Below are positions 49,041 to 57,255 of a stretch of 57,255 bases of DNA, piece after piece. Each line of letters begins with the position of its first letter. Positions within the stretch are counted from its first letter, which is position 1. The DNA comes from Nemertoderma westbladi (taxonomy: Eukaryota > Animalia > Xenacoelomorpha): the NCBI GenBank assembly GCA_032718475.1, contig JAUCBJ010003491.1, forward strand, positions 1 to 57,255, written 5' to 3'. The position numbers were made by a program, and so were the translations under genes. The notes under the pieces are model-generated. The model was not told where the DNA came from. It searched no databases and worked only from the letters and a program-made list of their open reading frames with translations.

Positions 49041-49689
49041 AGCACTTATAAATGGTTTAATGATTGAATTAATCGTAAAGATTTTCCGGTGTAGCATCCA
49101 CTTTTATTATTATTATAATTGCGTTATGTATTTATAGGATAGAATATTTAAAATTAAAACATACTGCTCCATATTAATCATATATTACAGTAACCCTATA
49201 GAGGCATACTACAGTATACATAGGCCTATATATCGGCTAACTAACTCCTGTAATTAATTACATGAATAAATCATTAATTGGATAGCCCCATTACGATTAG
49301 CTGCAATGTACCGCTGTGCTGCGGCTTTGTAGCTAAATCGAAGACGGGGCTTATTTTGCAGCATGCACACCAAATCTTACACGTAATTTTTGAATTTCTT
49401 TCCAGAATTTAGTTAGGCCTACATTTAAATTATCTGAGTTAGCGTGTGACTTATGAAAGAATTTCTAGATTTTTTTTATAACACATGCATTATATTATTT
49501 GATTATTTAATATAATGACATTTTAGTTAAAGTTGTCAAAAGTGAAAAAGTTTTCTAAATTTCGTCACACACTTTTGTCACTGATAAGATCAATAGTGCA
49601 TAATTAAATTCTTCTGTTACATAAATTAATAATTCAGATATATTAATTAATTATTCGGGGACATACTGTTATCGTAACTCCAGATCATG

Positions 49690-49990
49690 GTTGGGGAGCC
49701 AACGTGTGTGGAATCGATCCTCAGTGAAATATTCGATCACGAACCCGTTTGCCCAATACCGCGGAAACCAAGCCGAACGGAAAGTGATCTTCCTCGGAGA
49801 ACGATTCCTAGAAGGACCGATCTTCTCCAGCTCCCCGTGTGGAAACATGCAGGACAATTGGCAGCGTGTGCCGTGTGGTTAAACGTAACACCTCGCGTGG
49901 TTTCATCGAGTCATCTGCGATAATTAATACGCAGCGTTTTCATCCACTCGCCGTAGACTGCCACTGCAAATATTGCACCAGCAGAACTTT
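49690..49990 (+). pseudogene. Second decayed copy of the Cys/His-rich fragment seen at 16520-16960
   Basis: Across frameshifts: FLEGPIFSS, WKHAGQ, VVKRNTSRGF, FHPLAVDCHCKYCTS. Confidence 0.55.
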
Positions 49991-50014
49991 AAGGTTCTGT
50001 TATTACAGCAACAG

Positions 50015-50110
50015 TAGAACCAGATCTCTGGATGTCACTTACACAATAATGCTATGTCGGATTCACAGTTTCAAGAACAATGCTCACATCCCATACCAGA
50101 CACTACTGTA
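50015..50110 (+). mobile_element. Small RTE-clade LINE fragment
   Basis: TRSLDVTYTIMLCRIHSFKNNAHIPYQTL aligns with TKSLNGTFTRMLRRVHCVKYNAHISNQTL of the 52-53 kb copy. Confidence 0.6.
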
Positions 50111-50407
50111 TGCAGCATTTAAAGTGTCGCATGTGCTTTTTTTGAGCTTTATTTCAAGCTTTTTTTAGTTAAAACAATTTCTAGAAATTAATTGCTTCAA
50201 GATGAATCTGAGAATTTTCGTATGCTAAAACCTAAAATATAGAATAAAGCTTAAAAAAAGCTTGAAAAGAAGCTCAAAAAAATTTCAAAAAAAGCTTGAA
50301 AAATAGCTCAGAAAAAGCTTGAAAAACAGCTGAAAAAAAGCTGGGCGAATATCATAATTATTCTAGAACATTCATATTATATCTTAATTTTAATTCGTAA
50401 TTAAATA

Positions 50408-51708
50408 AACTAATTACCAATTGAGAAAATAAGTCAATTAAGGTAAATGTCCGGGGTTTTACCTGGCAGAAACAATAAAATGTTGATGTTAGTGAACGTT
50501 TTCGCCCTTACCGGGCTACTTCAGACTATATTATTATGGTAAAAGTTAAATTATTGTAATAATAATTGCATCCAGCCACCAATTCAAAAATCCCTCTCTA
50601 TTATATTACGAGGGTTCTGTGATTAGGTCCTAATAACATGTTATTTAGAAGAGATACGCACAAAACACAGGTTAGTAAAATACACATAGTTTATTTAAAG
50701 CTACCATTCGATATGAGTAAAATGTATTTTATTAAATCGGGGTTGTTATGACAAAAAGCGATAACGAAATCGTACTCCGGTTCATGTATACGTATTTAGG
50801 GCAGGTACAATATGATGTACAGTACACGAAGTGTTAAAAAGGGGGGGGGGGGGGGGGGGGGGGGTTAGAATTGAAAAGATGATTGTTATGTTGTGTAACG
50901 AAGTGTTAAATAGTGGTTTAGAAATGTAAGGAAATTGTTATATCGTGCACAAATACGTATGATATACAGTACACGAAATGTTCAATAGCGGTTAAGAAAT
51001 GAAATAATAATCGTTATATCGCGTACAAATACAAAAAACCCTATCCCCAGGATGGGGATTGGGTAACCCCACACAGGTGTACGACTTCGTTATTGCCTTT
51101 TGTCATAACACATTAACTCCAATATTATTAATACCTTTTACGCGGTGTCTTACCATCCTGGGACTGGGTTATTTTACGATTTCGTTATTGCCTTTTGTCT
51201 AACACATTAACTCTAATATCAATAATACCTTTTACTACTGAGTATGGCCTACGATATTGACTTTCTTCTAAACCCCCCTTTTTAACACTTCGTGTACTGT
51301 ACATCATATTGTACCTGCCCTAAATACGTATACATGAACCGGAGTACGATTTCGTTATCGCTTTTTGTCATAACAACCCCGATTTAATAAAATACATTTT
51401 ACTCATATCGAATGGTAGCTTTAAATAAACTACAGATTGTGTATTTTACTAACCTGTGTTTTGTGCGTATCTCTCCTTAATAACATGTTATTAGGACCTA
51501 ATCACATAGAACCCTCGTAATATAATAGAGAGGGATTTTTGAATTGGTGGCGGGATGCAATTATTATTACAATAATTTAACTTTTACCATAATATAGTCT
51601 GAAGTAGCCCGGCGAAAACGTTCACTAAGATCAGTATTTATTGTTTCTGTCAGGTAAGACCCCGAACATTTACCTTAATTGACTTATTTTCTCAATTGGT
51701 AATTAGTT
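50408..51708. mobile_element. ~1.3-kb inverted-repeat structure (arms ~50408-50870 and ~51266-51708), Penelope-like
   Basis: The arms are near-identical reverse complements over ~450 bp, and each carries a hammerhead-like motif. Confidence 0.8.
50490..50528 (-). ncRNA. Minimal type-I hammerhead ribozyme-like motif
   Basis: Minus strand reads TAGT-CTGAAGTA-GCCC-GGTAA-GGGC-GAAA-ACGT-TC-ACTA: stem I, core with one extra nt, stem II, GAAA, palindromic stem III, UC site. The mirror copy 51595-51627 (+) has a 6-nt deletion in stem II. Confidence 0.6.
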
Positions 51709-52293
51709 AACTCTAAATACTAGACAGAGTCATGACTTACAATAATTACAACGGATTATTTAATCGAGACACTGTGATTTACATTCTTTAGGAATGTAGT
51801 ATTATGTAGTCGCACTCACTTCTCTGATAATAATACGGAAACACGCTGATTTGCTGACTGTTATCAATTTTGTTCATGTATAAGGAGAAATTTAGCTCAT
51901 TCATGTTGGTATTATGAAATAGCATAAATATCACACAAACCACACGAACCGAAATAGTTACTCGAACTTCCCTTCTGCTTACCTCTTAATAATAAAGAAA
52001 GTTAGTTGAGATTATCGATTACGTATACGTGTTCCCCAAATATAAACATCGAGCAATAATATTACCAAATAGCAATGAACAACAGTACAAAACAGTAAAT
52101 AACAGCAGTGGCGGCAGTTAATCAGCAGTCAGATGTTTGCCGTTCAGTAAAAAGGCGAGTCAATGCAGTGAGTGCAGGTAATTTACTTGTGCTCGATAAT
52201 TCACGCCACTGTTGGTTTCTGGGCTGAATACTAGCTGACTGCCTAAACCTAGGCGTACTACTAGGATCGGCATGCTGCATTGCATCTGCATTT

Positions 52294-53100
52294 TTAAGAA
52301 TGCTGTGCCGGCTTATCGACAAAATTGCACCGCCACAACTCCCTATCACCCATGACATTTGCTAGATCATCCGCATCTTCAAGGCCAGTGTCCTTTAAGA
52401 TGCGTCTCAAGAAAGTCATGGGCTGTCCACCATGCTTATTCACTCCATGAGGCTGCCAAAGTACAAGATTATGCACTGGCTGGTCCTCATGGCGAAAGCA
52501 ATGTCCTGCAAAGCGGAGGCGATTTTGTTCTAGTGTCAAGCTTGGGGGAACCAATGAGACACCTCCAATGTTATATAGTGTCTGGTTGGAGATGTGTGCA
52601 TTGTACTTGACACAATGAACCCGGCGTAGCATTCTTGTGTCCATGAGGCTGCCAAAGTACAAGATCATGCACTGGCTGGTCCTCACGGCGAAAGCAATGT
52701 CCTGCAAAGCGGAGGCGATTTTGTTCTAGTGTCAAGCTTGGGGGAACCAATGAGACACCTCCAATGTTATATAGTGTCTGGTTGGAGATGTGTGCATTGT
52801 ACTTGACACAATGAACCCGGCGTAGCATTCTTGTGAATGTGCCATTCAGAGATTTGGTGTCCTCAGCAGTTAGAGCCCAGCATGGATTCCCATCGAGGAG
52901 TACTGGAAATACTGCTGCTCTAAATAATCGGACCTTAAGTTTCCGATTAATTCTCGGTGACTTCCAAATCCTGGAAAGCCTATTCAAAGCTGCCCATGCC
53001 TTTCCCTTATGTATTCGAAGGTCCTCACCTGACTCCCGGATCCATGATCCCAGGTAACAGAAGTCGTCCACATGCTCAAGCATACCATCCTTTGAGCTTA
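52294..53100 (-). mobile_element. RTE-clade LINE 3' fragment (RT thumb region) with an internal ~196-bp tandem duplication
   Basis: LEHVDDFCYLGSW...RLRFAGHCFR...LVLWQP...DRELWR. The duplicated blocks start at 52445 and 52641. Confidence 0.88.
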
Positions 53101-53148
53101 TGCTCATCCGATCAGAGACTTGCTGAGGACTTTCAGGACTTTCTTTGT

Positions 53149-54695
53149 GCAGGGTTTTACAACGCCCCTGTAGCAACGTTGCTATTGTGAGTGTTAGGCG
53201 AGTAGTCCTGGCGGGGTGCAGGGTTTTACAAGGCCCCTGTAGCTACGTTGCTGTTGTGAGTGTTAGGCGAGTAGTCCTGGCGGGGTGCAGGGTTTTACAA
53301 GGCCCCTGTAGCTACGTTGCTGTTGTGAGTGTTAGGCGAGTAGTCCTGGCGGGGTGCAGGGTTTTACAACGCCCCTGTAGCTACATTGATGTTGTGAGTG
53401 TTAGGCGAGTAGTCCTGGCGGGGTGCAGGGTTTTACAACGCCCCTGTAGCTACGTTGATGTTGTGAGTGTTAGGCGAGTAGTCCTGGCGGGGTGCAGGGT
53501 TTTACAACGCCCCTGTAGCTACATTGATGTTGTGAGTGTTAGGCGAGTAGTCCGGGCGGGGTGCAGGGTTTTACAACGCCCCTGTAGCTACGTTGCTGTT
53601 GTGAGTGTTAGGCGAGTAGTCCTGGCGGGGTGCAGGGTTTTACAACGCCCCTGTAGCTACATTGATGTTGTGAGTGTTAGGCGAGTAGTCCTGGCGGGGT
53701 GCAGGGTTTTACAACGCCCCTGTAGCTACATTGATGTTGTGAGTGTTAGGCGAGTAGTCCTTTGCGGGGTGTAGGGTTTTACAACGCCCCTGTAGCTACA
53801 TTGATGTTGTGAGTGTTAGGCGAGTAGTCCTGGCGGGGTGCAGGGTTTTACAACGCCCCTGTAGCTACGTTGATGTTGTGAGTGTTAGGCGAGTAGTCCT
53901 GGCGGGGTGCAGGGTTTTACAACGCCCCTGTAGCTACGTTGCTGTTGTGAGTGTTAGGCGAGTAGTCCGGGCGGGGTGCAGGGTTTTACAACGCCCCTGT
54001 AGCTACGTTGCTGTTGTGAGTGTTAGGCGAGTAGTCCTGGCGGGGTGCAGGGTTTTACAACGCCCCTGTAGCTACGTTGCTGTTGTGAGTGTTAGGCGAG
54101 TAGTCCTGGCGGGGTGCAGGGTTTTACAACGCCCCTGTAGCTACGTTGCTGTTGTGAGTGTTAGGCGAGTAGTCCTGGCGGGGTGCAGGGTTTTACAACG
54201 CCCCTGTAGCTACGTTGCTGTTGTGAGTGTTAGGCGAGTAGTCCGGGCGGGGTGCAGGGTTTTACAACGCCCCTGTAGCTACGTTGATGTTGTGAGTGTT
54301 AGGCGAGTAGTCCTGGGCGGGGTGTAGGGTTTTACAACGCCCCTGTAGCTACGTTGCTATTGTGAGTGTTAGGCGAGTAGTCCTGGCGGGGTGCAGGGTT
54401 TTACAACGCCCCTGTAGCTACATTGATGTTGTGAGTGTTAGGCGAGTAGTCCTGGCGGGGTGCAGGGTTTTACAACGCCCATGTAGCTACGTTGATGTTG
54501 TGAGTGTTAGGCGAGTAGTCCGGGCGGGGTGTGCAGGGTTTTACAACGCCCGTGTAGCTACGTTGATGTTGTGAGTGTTAGGCGAGTAGTCCGGGCGGGG
54601 AGCAGGGTTTTACAACGCCCCTGTAGCTACATTGATGTTGTGAGTGTTAGGCGAGTAGTCCTGGCGGGGTGCAGGGTTTTACAACGCCCCTGTAG
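53149..54695. repeat. 69-bp GC-rich satellite, ~22 copies
   Basis: Unit GCAGGGTTTTACAACGCCCCTGTAGCTACGTTGATGTTGTGAGTGTTAGGCGAGTAGTCCTGGCGGGGT. Confidence 0.96.
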
Positions 54696-55212
54696 TTTCT
54701 TGGCACGCATCCGCTAATTTACCCTGAACTTCGGCTACTTCCTGACAGGAGTTAGCGGTCTTTTCGAGCAGTACAATGTAAAAGTTCAGGATCGATGATA
54801 AAAAATCGGATATTACTCTCTCATCCTCATTTGATGAACTCTTTTTTGACCTGCATGAGCGGAAAGTCTCCAGAATTTCGTCATGGTACTTTACGAATTC
54901 GGCAGCAATATTCTTTATGGTAGTTTATAATAAAAGTCACAATAGGGTTGGTGCGCGTAAATAATGTTGGGATAGAAACAATTGAATACGTATATAAATA
55001 TATTATACATTTTATACTATTTTATACTTTTGGGTGGTTCTTTTGGGTTCTATAATGTTCTTTTTGGAATTTAGTAGGACTGTATTGTTACTTAGGTTCT
55101 TTTGGGAATTTAGTAGGACTGTAGGCCTGCTGTTACTAACTAGTGAGAGAGTCTGGTTTGTAAACAGTATAATTTCCTCCACTGGCTACAAAAGAATAAA
55201 ATATAATACGCT

Positions 55213-55314
55213 TGTGGGGCGAGCCACGAAGTTGGCGGAGCCTTAGCGAATTGACACTGTTAGGGGGTGGGTCAATTTATGCAAATAGTTGTCGTCGTCG
55301 TCGTCGTCGTCGTT

Positions 55315-55353
<39 letters not shown>

Positions 55354-56783
55354 GTCGTCGTTACGATTTTGACATGCTAATAACTTTGTCGGATTTAAAG
55401 CTGCCAAGTTGAAAATTTGTAGGTATCAATATGAGCAAAAGTTGAGATTTTTGAGAGACTTTCAGACACCATCAGTGCAATGGTCTCCCGCTAGAGGGCC
55501 ACATGTCTAAACATTAAATGGCCACCCATTTCTTTGCTTTTAATCCGTTTAAGCTGAAACTTGGGAAGTATGTACTAGACCATTAGCTGTAAATTTCAAA
55601 GGAGGCTAATCTGTCTGCAGTTCTCCAGTCTGCCGCTAGAGGGCGAAATGTCCCGAATGTGAAATTATTCTTCCATTTAGTTGTTTATGATCTGATTACG
55701 CTGAAACTTGTCATATATGTACTAGATGACATCCTGAGTCTTTGTGTGGATTGTAATCGGTCCGAAGTTTTCCAGTCTCCCGCTAGAGGGCCACATGTCT
55801 AAACATTAAATGGCCACCCATTTCTTTGCTTTTAATCCGTTTAAGCTGAAACTTGGGAAGTATGTACTAGACCATTAGCTGTAAATTTCAAAGGAGGCTA
55901 ATCTGTCTGCAGTTCTCCAGTCTGCCGCTAGAGGGCGAAATGTCCCGAATGTGAAATTATTCTTCCATTTAGTTGTTTATGATCTGATTACGCTGAAACT
56001 TGTCATATATGTACTAGATGACATCCTGAGTCTTTGTGTGGATTGTAATCGGTCCGAAGTTTTCCAGTCTCCCGCTAGAGGGCCACATGTCTAAACATTA
56101 AATGGCCACCCATTTCTTTGCTTTTAATCCGTTTAAGCTGAAACTTGGGAAGTATGTACTAGACCATTAGCTGTAAATTTCAAAGGAGGCTAATCTGTCT
56201 GCAGTTCTCCAGTCTGCCGCTAGAGGGCGAAATGTCCCGAATGTGAAATTATTCTTCCATTTAGTTGTTTATGATCTGATTACGCTGAAACTTGTCATAT
56301 ATGTACTAGAAGACATCCTAAGTCTTTGTGTGGACAGTAATCGGTCCGGAGTTTTCGAGTCTGCCGCTAGAGGGCGAAATGTAGGAAAGTGATAACCTTC
56401 GCGAATTCCTTGATCTTAATCTATTTAAGCTGAATTTTGGAATATACAGTACCGGTATGTACTAGACCACATGCCTCGTCTTTGTGAGGAAGGTGATCGA
56501 TCCGTAGTTCTTTAATATGCCGCTAGAGGGCTAAATGTATGAAAGTGAAAACCTTCCAACATTTCGTTATTTATGATCCGTCAATCGGAAACTTGGTAGA
56601 TATGTAATAGACCATAGGCTGTGGCTTTGTAGGGAAACTAATCCTTCCTTCTTCAGTTACCCAGTCTCCCGCTAGAGGGTTAACGTTTTCCGGGAAAATC
56701 TTCTCCTATGTTTTTATAATCCTTTCGAGTTGATACTTAGCATTAACTCATTTCACGTGCTGCGCGAAGGCCCCACTTCGTGT
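55213..56783 (+). mobile_element. Non-autonomous Helentron/DINE-1(HINE)-like element with central ~146-bp tandem repeats
   Basis: Subterminal inverted motif CACGAAGT(T/G)GG at the 5' end versus CCCCACTTCGTG at the 3' end; (GTC)n microsatellite at 55290-55340; central repeats; matching termini elsewhere in the window. Confidence 0.7.
55488..56680 (+). promoter_or_regulatory. Array of nine CTCF-consensus motifs (CCGCTAGAGGGC), one per monomer; 292-bp dimer (145+147) x3
   Basis: Motif starts at 55488, 55633, 55780, 55925, 56072, 56217, 56364, 56520 and 56669 (the last ends in GGGT). Matches the CCRSYAGRKGGC core. Binding is inferred, not shown. Confidence 0.55.
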
Positions 56784-57255
56784 AGAGTTTCTATGTGGTT
56801 TGTACATTTAACAATTAATGGAGGATTAAGTTGAGGCTTACAGATGATCTTGAGCTCGTCATGTGGCCGCCTTCTTAGCGGTTTAATTGCTGGTTGAACA
56901 TGTGGGGTATTAGTAGCATGGAAGATTGTCTACATATTGGCAGATTCATAATCTAAATAAAAAAACAATAAAAAATACTATTCTCATTATTGTAAGAGTT
57001 GTATTTTTCCCCATTTATTGAATGATATCGTTAAACCTCAATGAGTCCTCACGATATTGCAGACCTGTCCGCAGCGTAACCTGATTTATGGATGAACCCT
57101 AATGGGAAATGAGAAACGACATGTGAGACTCCACTATCTGTATGTCGTTAAGTCCACTCTTGACTATTTTCTCACTCTTAATTCTAACTTACATTTTGAT
57201 TTCTAAATATTTCTCATTTTCAGGGCGAAACTGTTGACAAAGATCTGCCTCCATG

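Noticed and set aside
53145-54717. Cys/Arg/Val-rich 23-aa repeat proteins, or a repeat-spacer array
   Set aside because: 69-bp satellite with frame-breaking units; the inter-repeat parts are near-identical, not unique spacers.
55212-55412. Protamine-like poly-Arg ORF
   Set aside because: Translation of the (GTC)n microsatellite of the Helentron-like element.
57224-57255. Exon start after TTTCTCATTTTCAG at the window end
   Set aside because: Only ~30 nt available, too little to support a call.

Overview
AT-rich, repeat-dense animal (invertebrate, probably bilaterian) genomic DNA. It is not prokaryotic and contains no CRISPR array. Supported host genes: an intronless CCDC186 homologue with a 13-aa tandem repeat, a spliced and atypical class-A GPCR, an intronless glomulin (GLMN) homologue, and a two-exon divergent IRF transcription factor, preceded by a frameshifted IAD-only IRF paralogue. 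There is also an orphan C2H2/acidic ORF with its own TATA-Inr promoter. Most of the rest is tandem arrays (9, 11, 29, 30, 38, 42, 55, 69 and ~146 bp units) and mobile elements: a decayed APE-RT LINE inserted in the 29-bp satellite, RTE/CR1-type fragments, tRNA-derived SINEs, nested TIR elements, a Penelope-like inverted repeat and Helentron/DINE-1-like elements. Most notable: (i) a Helentron-like element carrying nine CTCF-consensus sites at ~146-bp spacing; (ii) a minimal type-I hammerhead ribozyme fold in the inverted repeat; (iii) stacked TA-flanked palindromes that look like transposon excision footprints, one pair inside the CCDC186 CDS; (iv) the IRF and IAD-only pair with an altered recognition helix; (v) two retroelements inserted at the same ACAG position of one satellite. 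All family assignments come from motif recognition by eye; no database search was run.
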